Sequence record: PP180004 | DNA from: Escherichia phage mEp044 | DNA: 54,557 nt | Reading direction: 5' to 3' (one strand) | Shown here: positions 1 through 9,187 of the stretch, piece after piece | How the letters are laid out: the number at the start of each line of letters is the position of its first letter | Position numbering within the stretch: the first letter of the stretch is position 1 | Program-made: the position numbers and the translations under genes | The notes under the pieces: model-generated | What the model was told of the DNA's origin: nothing | The model's database searches: none | What the model saw: only the letters and a program-made list of their open reading frames with translations

Positions 1-60
1 ATTTTTCATTAAGTTACCCATTCAAAAGATAAGTAGGTAGCTCCATTTCTATCATTTCAT

Positions 61-128
61 ATCGTGTCACATCGTCACCGTTTCGCGTTGATTTAAAAAG
101 AAATATTTATTCTATCGTGTCACATCGT
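61..128. repeat. two exact direct copies of atcgtgtcacatcgt (61-75, 114-128) plus a partial third (cacatcgtgt, 131-140); candidate integrase arm-type or int-regulatory repeats
   Basis: exact repeat read directly upstream of int. Confidence 0.4.
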
Positions 129-160
129 TCCACATCGTGTTACTATCCATGCGTAAAATG

Positions 161-184
161 TGTGTACCAAATAGTGACCAAAAT
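161..184. repeat. left copy of 24-bp direct repeat tgtgtaccaaatagtgaccaaaat; candidate att core (attL), ends 2 nt before the int ATG
   Basis: identical 24-mer at 54487-54510 with different flanks. Confidence 0.55.
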
Positions 185-185
185 T

Positions 186-1385
186 ATGCTTACAGATACC
201 AAATTACGAAACATTCACGGCAAGCCATACGACGGCCCGAAAGAAGTACCGGACGCGGGCGGATTGTCTGTCAGGATAAGCCCGCGAGGAGTTATATCTT
301 TCCAGTATCGCTACCGATTCAACGGCAAGCCTAGACGGATGAAGATTGGCACATACGGAGAAATAACACTTAAAGAAGCGCGTGCGGCGGTGGCGGAGCA
401 TAAGGAAGTTCTAAACTCAGGTCGAGATCCATCGGTAGCAAAAAGAATGCACCTTTCCCGCATTACGACACGGGCAACGGTTGAGGATATTGTAAGGGAG
501 TACATGGAATCGCCGCAGGCAAGGAACATGGTCAATTATAAGCAGGTTGAGGCCATGCTAGATAAGCACGTCATAAAACCATACGGTAGCTATATCGTCG
601 ATGATATGGACGCTATGATGTGGGAGGGGGTTTTTAGAAAGGTAGCTAATGGTGGTGCACCAGTTCAGGCAGGTATAGTTCTCAACAGAATGAAGGCCGT
701 AATAAAATACGCCATTCGCCGCCGCCGCGTTGATCGTGACGACATATCATTACTGTGCGTTAAAGACGTTGGCAAAAAACCAGCGCAAGGCAAGCGCGTT
801 TTGTCAATACAGGAGATCCACCATCTAATTAGCCTTGTAGACAGTTCAAAAATGGCGAGGCTGAATCAGATATTGATGAAGCTGATTATATTTACCGGGT
901 GCAGGACAAGCGAACTGACAAACGCAAGGCGCGAGCATTTCGATCTTGATAGCTGTGTGTGGACGGTTCCGGGTGCATTAAGTAAGAACAGGAATGAGTT
1001 TAAACGCGGCTTATCCGACGTTAGCGTGGCTTTATTGCGTGAGGCTATGGATCTGCATAGCTTTGATTTTGTCTTCGTTCCTGTGCTTTCTGGAAGGGAT
1101 GTTGCGGTGGACAGAAGTGTGCCGAAAACAGCAGCGAGGGATTTAATGATGAGGATGGGCGGCGAGCCGTGGTCGTGTCACGATCTACGCCGCACCGTGA
1201 GGACAAACCTTTCAGCGCTTGGCGTTGCGCCTCACGTCGCAGAAAAGGTTTTGGGGCATAGGCTGGCGGGGATGTTGGCTATATACGATCAGTATGACTA
1301 TGTGAGGGAACAAATAGAGGCGATGAATAAGCTGGCTGATTATTACATGAAGCCCATTGATTTACAAAATGAAATAACATCCTGA
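186..1385 (+). CDS. int: tyrosine integrase (phage integrase family)
   Basis: ORF 117-1385 with likely start at ATG 186; C-terminal HDLRRT and LAIYDQY catalytic-region motifs typical of tyrosine recombinases. Confidence 0.9.
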   Translation: MLTDTKLRNIHGKPYDGPKEVPDAGGLSVRISPRGVISFQYRYRFNGKPRRMKIGTYGEITLKEARAAVAEHKEVLNSGRDPSVAKRMHLSRITTRATVEDIVREYMESPQARNMVNYKQVEAMLDKHVIKPYGSYIVDDMDAMMWEGVFRKVANGGAPVQAGIVLNRMKAVIKYAIRRRRVDRDDISLLCVKDVGKKPAQGKRVLSIQEIHHLISLVDSSKMARLNQILMKLIIFTGCRTSELTNARREHFDLDSCVWTVPGALSKNRNEFKRGLSDVSVALLREAMDLHSFDFVFVPVLSGRDVAVDRSVPKTAARDLMMRMGGEPWSCHDLRRTVRTNLSALGVAPHVAEKVLGHRLAGMLAIYDQYDYVREQIEAMNKLADYYMKPIDLQNEITS

Positions 1386-1561
1386 TAACGGTAAAGATAA
1401 CCGCCGCGCTTTAATGCTGGCATCCCCTTAACGGGTTCAGGGAATGGAGTACCTGAATCCTTCCACTTCTTAACCAGTTTAAAAAACGCCGACTTACTAA
1501 TCCCGCCCAACATTTTTTGCACTTGCTCGCGATTAATGAGTATTGTGCCGATCTTATCCAT
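1343..1561 (-). CDS. xis: AlpA/Xis-like helix-turn-helix excisionase or regulator
   Basis: 72 aa, convergent with int; AlpA-like motif FPEPVK...YLYRYQDV. Confidence 0.6.
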   Translation of the reverse strand: MDKIGTILINREQVQKMLGGISKSAFFKLVKKWKDSGTPFPEPVKGMPALKRGGYLYRYQDVISFCKSMGFM

Positions 1562-2223
1562 TATCTTTCCCCCGTGTATTCAACGTGTCCGATACATCCA
1601 TCAATAATAGCTTGCGCCATATTGCGATAATCACGCGTAAATTCACTGTCACGGCTAAAGTCGATCTCACTTGCCGCGTCATTACCCATAACCTTAGTGG
1701 CAAGTGCGAACGCTATTCCAGCGAGCGCCTTTTCTTTAGGATCTACATACAGCCTGAAAAAGTATGATGCAAATGATAATGGCTTCTCTTCGCAATCATC
1801 TTCCTTGCTTTCACATATACCCCATTTGTCACCAACATATTTAAATTTAACGACATCAAGAACCCTTCCGCTCGTAAGACCTACACAATCAAGCCACACA
1901 CCAACCGGAGGTTTTTCGCCTGCCAACCATTCAGTTTTTTCTTGTTGAGCATCACAATCATGTCGCTCATCTTCGATTAATTCATCAATGATTTCACTTT
2001 CTTTATTCATACCGTCATCATCCTTATTCGATAAATTAGCGTATTCATCAAATTTCCAGCTTGCAGCCATAACCGAATAAGTGCCGCCAGTGTCAGCGCG
2101 AACACCTAATAAATAGTATGATCCAAAATTATATTCTGTGCGGCATGTTGTTACCTCAAACGATGGGTAACACTCAGGGTTAGTTCGATGGCTAATCACG
2201 CCAATTGCTTTGAGTTTATTCAT
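1561..2223 (-). CDS. hypothetical protein, 220 aa, acidic central region
   Basis: long ORF, no recognisable family. Confidence 0.5.
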   Translation of the reverse strand: MNKLKAIGVISHRTNPECYPSFEVTTCRTEYNFGSYYLLGVRADTGGTYSVMAASWKFDEYANLSNKDDDGMNKESEIIDELIEDERHDCDAQQEKTEWLAGEKPPVGVWLDCVGLTSGRVLDVVKFKYVGDKWGICESKEDDCEEKPLSFASYFFRLYVDPKEKALAGIAFALATKVMGNDAASEIDFSRDSEFTRDYRNMAQAIIDGCIGHVEYTGER

Positions 2224-2237
2224 TTGCTTATCCTCAA

Positions 2238-2414
2238 TTACGCCACAGTTACATTGTCAACTTTGATAAAATATTCAGGGTGGTTTTCTATTTCGTGCTT
2301 AAAGTGCGCATGACACAATCGCCAATCACGCGCCTGATTGTGAAAATAGTAAACGTATTCGCCATCAATCTTGTATAAAATGCCCGTAGGTTTAGCCATG
2401 TAGTAACGAACCAT
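2238..2414 (-). CDS. hypothetical small protein, start coupled to ninB stop (TAATG)
   Basis: ORF 2238-2468 trimmed to the ATG overlapping the NinB stop. Confidence 0.4.
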   Translation of the reverse strand: MVRYYMAKPTGILYKIDGEYVYYFHNQARDWRLCHAHFKHEIENHPEYFIKVDNVTVA

Positions 2415-2845
2415 TATTGCCCCCAGCGTTTTATAAATTCCTCGTTTAACTTCGTATCGCCAGACCACTGAACACCGTGTTCAGCGCCGAACGAGTAGAT
2501 CAGTTCGATTAATTCGCTAAATTCTGCTTTACTCATCCGGCTGGTTGACGTACCAAGCACAACAAAACCTGATTTATCAAGGTTAGGGACAACGCCATAT
2601 TTCTTAAGCCCGGCAGTAAATACCGCTTTCCAGTCTTCAGGGGACAGCTTTTTGCCGTACCAATTAACCTGATCGCTAACGTCTGTCAGAAGCGCCCAAA
2701 GCAACGCGTTTTGACTCAGCGACCGGGTTTTCTCCTGGATGGTAATTACCAGCGGGCTTTTGCTATCTGGCTGGATCTCTCTTATCTGCCTGACAGCATT
2801 TTCTTTCACGGCGTCGTTTACTATCTCAAATCTAATTTGCCTCAT
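2414..2845 (-). CDS. ninB: NinB/Orf-family recombination mediator
   Basis: 143 aa; closely resembles lambda NinB (VITIQE..RSLSQN..LW..L.DVS.QV.W.G..L....WK.VFTA..K...VVPNL...GFVV.G.STSRM...EF.EL.ELI..FG.E.GV.WS). Confidence 0.85.
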   Translation of the reverse strand: MRQIRFEIVNDAVKENAVRQIREIQPDSKSPLVITIQEKTRSLSQNALLWALLTDVSDQVNWYGKKLSPEDWKAVFTAGLKKYGVVPNLDKSGFVVLGTSTSRMSKAEFSELIELIYSFGAEHGVQWSGDTKLNEEFIKRWGQ

Positions 2846-3039
2846 GATACACCGTTACTATTTTTCCACTGCGCCCGCGCATACATGATCGCCCGCAAAG
2901 AAATTAGGCGCGAGCTTGTCATAAAAGCGCTTTTTAAGTACCTCATATCAACAACAACAGGCTTATCAGGATCGTCGCTGCGCATGTATTCCGCAATCGT
3001 GCTCAAGTCTTCAACTGTCAATTCCAATTCCCTGTTCAT
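2842..3039 (-). CDS. hypothetical small protein
   Basis: ORF 2842-3117 trimmed to ATG 3039 preceded by AAGGTGG. Confidence 0.4.
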   Translation of the reverse strand: MNRELELTVEDLSTIAEYMRSDDPDKPVVVDMRYLKSAFMTSSRLISLRAIMYARAQWKNSNGVS

Positions 3040-3049
3040 GATCGCCACC

Positions 3050-3256
3050 TTACACAATCCGCATTGTGTTTCGTAATTCACCGCGCAACGCCTGTAAAGC
3101 GTAACGAATCGACACAAAAGCCCGGTTAAATTTTACGTGCCTGTATTTGCGCATTAGTGGCGGCGTATAAACCATCGCGCCGCAAGGATCGCATGGGAAT
3201 TTAAAGTGAGATTCGTCAATAAACGTTTCAACTGAATAAAAAATTACCCGTCTCAT
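3050..3256 (-). CDS. hypothetical Cys-containing small protein
   Basis: 68-aa ORF, start overlaps the stop of the upstream gene. Confidence 0.35.
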   Translation of the reverse strand: MRRVIFYSVETFIDESHFKFPCDPCGAMVYTPPLMRKYRHVKFNRAFVSIRYALQALRGELRNTMRIV

Positions 3257-3810
3257 AATTCCAACCCCGTTTCGCCGTTAAGTTTTTCGATCTCAAATAT
3301 TGGTTTATCCGGTAGCAGGCCGTTATTTTTCCGGTATTCGTTCAGGCGTCTGTCAAAGTCAAAAGCCAAATCATTAGCGTGACCGAAGCGCCCAGGTTTA
3401 AACAATGAGTAAAAATTTACCCCGTGTCGGTTAGGGTCAACGCAAAGCGTTTCATCAATAACCATTAAACGCAGAGTACGAGATAGATAATTCCACGGAA
3501 TACCCGTTTCCGCGCTAATGTCGCGCATACGCTTTTTAACGCTGTAGTCACCAAATAACGCAGCGACGCGCTCGCGACGTTCAGCATATAACTGTTTAAT
3601 ACGATAACCAAGCAGTCGGCGGCGGCGTCCAAAACATGTATACACGCGCTCGACGATGCCGTTTTTTATTAAGTGTTTAATTGTCTCAGGCATGATTCCA
3701 TCCTTATCATACCCGACCAATAATCCTGTTTTCTGGCGTAACTGGTGCATTGTTGCGATGCCATCAAGTTCAAGGATATTGATAATTTTTGTTTCAATTT
3801 CAGCGCTCAT
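3253..3810 (-). CDS. hypothetical protein, 185 aa
   Basis: ORF in the replication/nin operon; no family recognised. Confidence 0.5.
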   Translation of the reverse strand: MSAEIETKIINILELDGIATMHQLRQKTGLLVGYDKDGIMPETIKHLIKNGIVERVYTCFGRRRRLLGYRIKQLYAERRERVAALFGDYSVKKRMRDISAETGIPWNYLSRTLRLMVIDETLCVDPNRHGVNFYSLFKPGRFGHANDLAFDFDRRLNEYRKNNGLLPDKPIFEIEKLNGETGLEL

Positions 3811-3886
3811 TTTTCGCCTCGTTTAAAACGCGATAACAGCCACCAGAAAGCGGTAAACTTTCCGGCAAGCTGTTTGCTAATATTGA

Positions 3887-5302
3887 TTAAAAAGATGCGT
3901 TATTCTGATTGTTTCGTTGGTTAAAACGGCTTGTGCGATGATTCATTGACTGAATGCACGCTGCGGCTGCGCGCGCCTGGTCGCATGGCAAGATATTACC
4001 GTTGTCATCAAACCGCTGGTAAACAGTTCCAGACTTACCATGACGGTTTTTTGACACAATGATTTCCATGTATTCGCGGGCAACAGACTGCTCGTCGTAA
4101 TACCCATCGCGGTAAACCATGATTATTCTGTCGGCATCTTGCTCAAGGTTGCCGGAATCGCGCAGATCAGAATTATTCGGGCGCTTGTTCGGTCGTTCCT
4201 CAACGCGGCGGGACAACTGCGCCAGCGCTAACACTGGAACGCGCAATTCTTTTGCCATCATCTTCAACGACCATGACAATTGCCCTACAGCGAGATCATG
4301 ACGTTCGGCCTTAGCCAGCTTCATTAACCCGATATAGTCAATCATTACCATACCCAGGTTCGGGTGATCCTGCTTCATGCGTTCCGTTGTTGCGCGTATT
4401 TCCTCAACCGTTAACTGCGACGCGTCAACGATCCACACATCAAGGTTAGCAAGTGCGCTCATACCCTGGCCGACATGCGCCCACCCTTCATCATCAAGTT
4501 TTACCGGATTGCGCAGGCAGTCAGTTGATAAATTACCAGCGCCAGCGATAGCGCGCTCAGTCATCTGATCGAGTGACATTTCAAGCGTGAAGAACAAAAC
4601 GCCAACCCGCTGATCCTTGCTGCCAGGGTAAGGGCGTTCAGCAGCAGAGCGGGCAATTGCCAGCGCAAACGCAGATTTACCAGACCCAGGGCGTCCGGCG
4701 AGAAGCACCAGATCAGTAGCGTTAATGCCGCCTAACATTTCGTCGAGTGGTTCTATCCCTGTTTTAATGTTGTCAGAATTGACACCGCATTCCATGCGCT
4801 TACTTAAAACTTCTGTGTACTCCTGGACAGCATCGCGCAACAGAACAGGGATAATCTTGTCTTTCGTTACCTTTAATTTTGAATAACGGGAATCAAAATC
4901 TTTCATCGTCTCTTTGACGACCTCAAGCGTCCCCGTCTCCAGTTTGTAGCGCATATCGTCGATGAGTTCCAACATCTGCCGCCGCTGGTACTCTTCACGT
5001 AGTAGCTGTGCGTATCCCTTCAGGTTGGCAGCAGACGGGCACGATCTCGCCGTTTGCATTAGCGGTACGAAATTTTCATTACCAATCTCATCACCTACCA
5101 GCAATGCATCGATGAGATTCCTGTTTCTGGCTTGCGCCCGGATAATTTCAAAAGCCCTCTTATACAGCGGAATAGTGAACACTTCAGGATCAAGCGTGGC
5201 GAGAACATCTTGCGCGTTAGGAGTTAGGCCGCCCAACAGCAGCCCACCGATAACTGACGCCTCACGTTCCTGCCGTAGTGAGTTTATTTGCTCAGTTACC
5301 AT
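3887..5302 (-). CDS. replicative DNA helicase, DnaB family
   Basis: 471 aa; DnaB N-terminal EREASVIGGLLLGG; Walker A GRPGSGKSAFAL; RecA-like core. Confidence 0.9.
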   Translation of the reverse strand: MVTEQINSLRQEREASVIGGLLLGGLTPNAQDVLATLDPEVFTIPLYKRAFEIIRAQARNRNLIDALLVGDEIGNENFVPLMQTARSCPSAANLKGYAQLLREEYQRRQMLELIDDMRYKLETGTLEVVKETMKDFDSRYSKLKVTKDKIIPVLLRDAVQEYTEVLSKRMECGVNSDNIKTGIEPLDEMLGGINATDLVLLAGRPGSGKSAFALAIARSAAERPYPGSKDQRVGVLFFTLEMSLDQMTERAIAGAGNLSTDCLRNPVKLDDEGWAHVGQGMSALANLDVWIVDASQLTVEEIRATTERMKQDHPNLGMVMIDYIGLMKLAKAERHDLAVGQLSWSLKMMAKELRVPVLALAQLSRRVEERPNKRPNNSDLRDSGNLEQDADRIIMVYRDGYYDEQSVAREYMEIIVSKNRHGKSGTVYQRFDDNGNILPCDQARAAAACIQSMNHRTSRFNQRNNQNNASF

Positions 5303-5320
5303 TATGTCATTACCTCCTGT

Positions 5321-6463
5321 TTACAAAATGGAAAATTCAGGGTAATAAACAAAGCGCCCGATCTCCCCATGATCCGGGCTGTAAATAATCACCGCTGCCA
5401 GACGCCGCGACCTCCAACCTCCATTAGTCGAATATGCATCTTTGCCCGCTAACGTGCCGTGATACTCAACAACGCCTAACGATGATTCAATCAGCCTTTG
5501 ATGATGCCAGTGCCCGCAATGAGCGTAAACCGCAGACGACTTGCCAAAGTCTTCCCGCCAGTCAGCTACGCAAGCAGACAATAAATTTTCCGGCTTTTTG
5601 ATAGTGTGCCCGTGGTGGTAAGCAAGGAATGTTTTCCCGTACTGCGTGTGGTGGACGATAGTAGGTGACACATCAACCGTCACGCGCGGTTCATCTTCGT
5701 AAAAAGCCGCCAGCGCCGCACGTAGCCAAATCATACCAGACTGGTCATGATTCCCTGATAACACCTGGATTTCCACATCCTTATGATTTAGCAACATCTT
5801 TCCTACCGCACGCCGGACAGACCGGATCGCCACATAAACAAGTTTTGCGTAGCGCGAATCGCAATCAAGAACGTGATTACTTGATGGCGTCACTGGTAAC
5901 AATCCGTCAGTGTGAAGCAGGTCGCCACCGAGAAGCAAGACCGCTTTTTCACTCATAGGAGCAGCGCCAACAGCATAATCAAAGAAGTTATTTAGCACGC
6001 GTTCAGCGATCCCAGTGTCGTAGCTCTCGCCGCATTCAGCTTTATGAGCAAGCGCGCCGATATGCAGATCAAATACCGGATAAAGGGCAAGGCTTTTTTG
6101 AAAATCAATTTCAGGCACTGGCACGGCATCCGCGCGTGGTATTTCCTCCGTGAATGCGTCGCGGGCAGCTTCCATTAGCCTTTCCATTTCATCGCGGTCA
6201 CGGGCTGTTTTAATCCAGCGCATGACCGTATTCCCAGCCTTATCGACAAGAACAGATTCACCAGTAACGCCAAAACCCGGCGCGCGGCGCGTTGATAATA
6301 AACCGCGTTTCGCCAGCTTTGCGCCCAGGCGCTCGACGTTGCGTTTTGACATGCCAAATTTTTCGGCGATCTGTTTATACGTTAAACCGTTGTTATATTC
6401 AGCGATCAATTGCTCATCGCTGATTTTTCTTTGCGACATAATGTTAATTCCTCCAGTTAACAA
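5321..6463 (-). CDS. N-terminal HTH fused to calcineurin-like metallophosphoesterase
   Basis: 380 aa; HTH LTYKQIAEKFGMSKRNVERL; phosphoesterase motifs DLHIG, GGDLLH, GNHDQ, HHGH, GHWHH. Confidence 0.7.
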   Translation of the reverse strand: MLTGGINIMSQRKISDEQLIAEYNNGLTYKQIAEKFGMSKRNVERLGAKLAKRGLLSTRRAPGFGVTGESVLVDKAGNTVMRWIKTARDRDEMERLMEAARDAFTEEIPRADAVPVPEIDFQKSLALYPVFDLHIGALAHKAECGESYDTGIAERVLNNFFDYAVGAAPMSEKAVLLLGGDLLHTDGLLPVTPSSNHVLDCDSRYAKLVYVAIRSVRRAVGKMLLNHKDVEIQVLSGNHDQSGMIWLRAALAAFYEDEPRVTVDVSPTIVHHTQYGKTFLAYHHGHTIKKPENLLSACVADWREDFGKSSAVYAHCGHWHHQRLIESSLGVVEYHGTLAGKDAYSTNGGWRSRRLAAVIIYSPDHGEIGRFVYYPEFSIL

Positions 6464-6472
6464 AATGTATAC

Positions 6473-7183
6473 CTACTTACACGCAAAAAGTTCAGATACC
6501 CAAAGCTGACCTTTAGCAGTAAATAGTGATTGCACGTAACCTTCAGGCGAACATTTTACCACTCCATAGCCTTTGTCTACGAACCACTGTTTAAACATCC
6601 GCCCACCGCGCTTAATTCGCGTATCGTACACGTCAACCTGTTCGAGTTTTTTGTTGAGTTGCGTAGCAGTCATACCCAAAGGCTTGGCAACCTGCGTTGC
6701 GTTGCGATGCTGTTCGTTTCTTACAATCGCATCACAGACAGCCGCTTTTGGCGCTAATTCCTTGTTTTCCAGCGCCAGCCGTTCAGCTTCCTTCTGTGCT
6801 AATAGTTTTTGCTCTACCTCATCCGCCCATGCGCGAGCCGCAACAACTGGGTCAGTGAAATCCGGCAAAGCTGGTTTGCGCACCTGTTTTTCAAGCTCCT
6901 GCCAGCGGTCAACAAGTCGCGCCGTAAATTTAGGACAGTTTTGAGCAACAACGATAATGCTGTCACGCTTGCCTTGTTCGCCTTCAAAAATATAGACATT
7001 AACAAACCTGTTAGGACTAAGTGATTGTTTATTCTCAACTTTCCCCATTGGGGGTAGTTTAATTACCCCTCTCTGTGCCATTCGTTCTATAGACTGTTTT
7101 ACTTTATCGTGACGATTGCCTAGTAGTTCCGCAATTTCAAAACTATTCATCCTAACACCATCAAAAACCATTAAATCACTCAT
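6473..7183 (-). CDS. Rha-family regulator with KilA-C/Ant C-terminal domain (antirepressor-like)
   Basis: 236 aa; N-terminal Rha-like EIAELLGNRHDKV; C-terminal KilAC-like region. Confidence 0.7.
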   Translation of the reverse strand: MSDLMVFDGVRMNSFEIAELLGNRHDKVKQSIERMAQRGVIKLPPMGKVENKQSLSPNRFVNVYIFEGEQGKRDSIIVVAQNCPKFTARLVDRWQELEKQVRKPALPDFTDPVVAARAWADEVEQKLLAQKEAERLALENKELAPKAAVCDAIVRNEQHRNATQVAKPLGMTATQLNKKLEQVDVYDTRIKRGGRMFKQWFVDKGYGVVKCSPEGYVQSLFTAKGQLWVSELFACK

Positions 7184-7215
7184 TGTATATACTCCGGTTT
7201 ACGTAATGTATTTGC

Positions 7216-7827
7216 TTAAACGATAATGCGCACAAACTTACAGCCCAACACTGCGCTTATTTCTTTTTCACGAATACGATCTGCTTCCGTATGCTGCGGT
7301 GTGAAATGTTGCTCCTCATCTATTTCATAGGCGATATTGTTTACAGGATCGTAGCCATCTATTCTGTATTTTCCTAGCACTGGATACTGCCTTATTAATT
7401 TAACTCCCTGTAATTGTTCTATGGTGGTTAATGCTGTTTTCTCTCTGATTCCGTTATTTCTGATTTTTTCACTTACGACGGATAAAGATGATATTGTTTC
7501 GCATAAATCATTGTATTCACTGAATTTATTACAAACTTCTTCTTTGAACCAATGTAAAAAGCGATAGTTTTTAGATTTCAATACAATATTGCATAAGTCA
7601 CATAACAACATAAGCGTTACGCCTTGTGGCTTGGGCTTAAAACCAATATTAAGCATTTCACCGTATTTGATTTTAATCAATGACTTACAGTGTCTTTTGA
7701 TTGCGCTTTGTGGTTTTATGTATCCAAGCGCCCGCGCCACATCCATTGCAACAAAAGCAGGTTTACCATCATAAATTACAGCAGTGATTTGGTTGTTATC
7801 GAAATTAAAACTCATCAACTCAGACAT
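7216..7827 (-). CDS. Bro-N domain protein fused to a Vsr/DUF559-like PD-(D/E)xK nuclease-like domain
   Basis: ORF 7216-7887 with likely start MSELMSFNF at 7827; C-terminal YRIDGYDP..IAYEIDEEQH..D.IRE...LGCKFVRI. Confidence 0.55.
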   Translation of the reverse strand: MSELMSFNFDNNQITAVIYDGKPAFVAMDVARALGYIKPQSAIKRHCKSLIKIKYGEMLNIGFKPKPQGVTLMLLCDLCNIVLKSKNYRFLHWFKEEVCNKFSEYNDLCETISSLSVVSEKIRNNGIREKTALTTIEQLQGVKLIRQYPVLGKYRIDGYDPVNNIAYEIDEEQHFTPQHTEADRIREKEISAVLGCKFVRIIV

Positions 7828-8194
7828 TGTAATTTCTCCGTAAAACGCTCTACAACGCAAAAATCCCACCGCGTAACACGTTTGCACATGTTGCAGTGTC
7901 TTATTGCGTCATAGGAGCAATCAGGTGGCTAATTTTTGATTTACAGACTGGTAGGTATGTTATGGATTGACTAGAAGGAATAAACCGCCGAACAAGGCGA
8001 CGTTAACAGCGATTGCCGCAGAGATGGCAAAAGCTAGGGCGAAAACGTGTTTACCGTCCATTTAAAAATCCCCTCTAAAACGCTATCTAACGAGCTAATA
8101 GCAAAAAGGTATGCAAGTGTAGCACCCAATGCAATTTAGCTCGCTGGTGAGCTTGCTGGGTTGGTTATTTTTGGTTTTTGTGTATCGTGGTTGG

Positions 8195-9187
8195 TCAAAG
8201 AGCGCCAGCGCGTGTATCACGTAGCGTTTTTGGTTTAAGCAGGAAATCAAGTGTCGCAGTGAAGCCATCGCCGAAGTAAAAATCTGAAGCCTTGTTTTTG
8301 AATGCTTCGAAGTAGGCGATAAATCCGTTAATGCTTTTGTCTTTCAGGTAGTCAGTGAACGCATAGATCTTGCGTTCAAGATCCCGATCAAGTTCGGCAG
8401 GTGGCAACAGGCCATCAAACGTGATGTTAAATTCTTCCACCACGTCGGCAGCGTTTGCAGTAGCTGATAGCTTTCGCCATTGTTCAGCATCAGCCAGATA
8501 CCCATCAAACTTAGTTGCCCGGCAAATGTTAACAGGCTTAGGTGTTCCACCACGGCTACGCCATTGCGTTAAAGCCCACTCAATCACTAATGTGATCTCA
8601 TCCTCAGTATACGCTTTACGTGTTTTTGTTTCTGTCAGTAGTTCGATGAACGGTTTTGCATCACGACATTTGCATCCTGCCTTGTCGTTGTAAAAGGCCA
8701 GGCAACGCAATGCAGCCAGATTAACCTCCCGATCTTCTTCGCTGATAGACTCGTCTTTTTCCAATACACGAAGTGTATTGTTTTTAATGTTCTCTTTACT
8801 GGTTATATATGACTGGTTAGGGTGACTCTGTGTCACTACCCCCGGTGACTCTGTGTCACTACCCTGGTGACTCTGTGTCACTACCCCCGGTGTCACAGTG
8901 ACACTACCATGTAATGACGGGAGGACTATTACATAGAAATTACTAGTTTGCTCTTTTCCTCCGATTAAGTATCTTGGTTGTTTAATCAACAACCCTTTTT
9001 CACAAAGTGAGTCTACAGCCCTCATAGCTGTTCTTTTACTGATCTCACACTCCTTTGCTATGTGATGGTAAGAAGGGTAACACTCGCCGTTATCATTAGC
9101 GTTGTCAGCTAACTTTAACAGCACAAGTTTGTGCATTGGGTCGCCGACCTCAGTATGGAAGACCTCTACCATTAGCCGCATACTCAT
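8195..9187 (-). CDS. replication initiator with N-terminal HTH domain (lambda O-like role); contains the ori iterons
   Basis: 330 aa; N-terminal HTH; internal iteron array as in lambda O. Confidence 0.7.
   Translation of the reverse strand: MSMRLMVEVFHTEVGDPMHKLVLLKLADNANDNGECYPSYHHIAKECEISKRTAMRAVDSLCEKGLLIKQPRYLIGGKEQTSNFYVIVLPSLHGSVTVTPGVVTQSHQGSDTESPGVVTQSHPNQSYITSKENIKNNTLRVLEKDESISEEDREVNLAALRCLAFYNDKAGCKCRDAKPFIELLTETKTRKAYTEDEITLVIEWALTQWRSRGGTPKPVNICRATKFDGYLADAEQWRKLSATANAADVVEEFNITFDGLLPPAELDRDLERKIYAFTDYLKDKSINGFIAYFEAFKNKASDFYFGDGFTATLDFLLKPKTLRDTRAGAL
8821..8908. repeat. origin iterons: three direct copies of about 20 bp (ggtgactctgtgtcactacc) followed by an inverted variant, then an AT-rich stretch (8909-8950)
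   Basis: read directly; lies inside the initiator gene (encodes the VTQSH peptide repeats). Confidence 0.7.

Noticed and set aside
137-535. Small ORFs 137-334 (+), 204-401 (-) and 311-535 (-)
   Set aside because: All overlap the integrase gene in other frames or strands; spurious.
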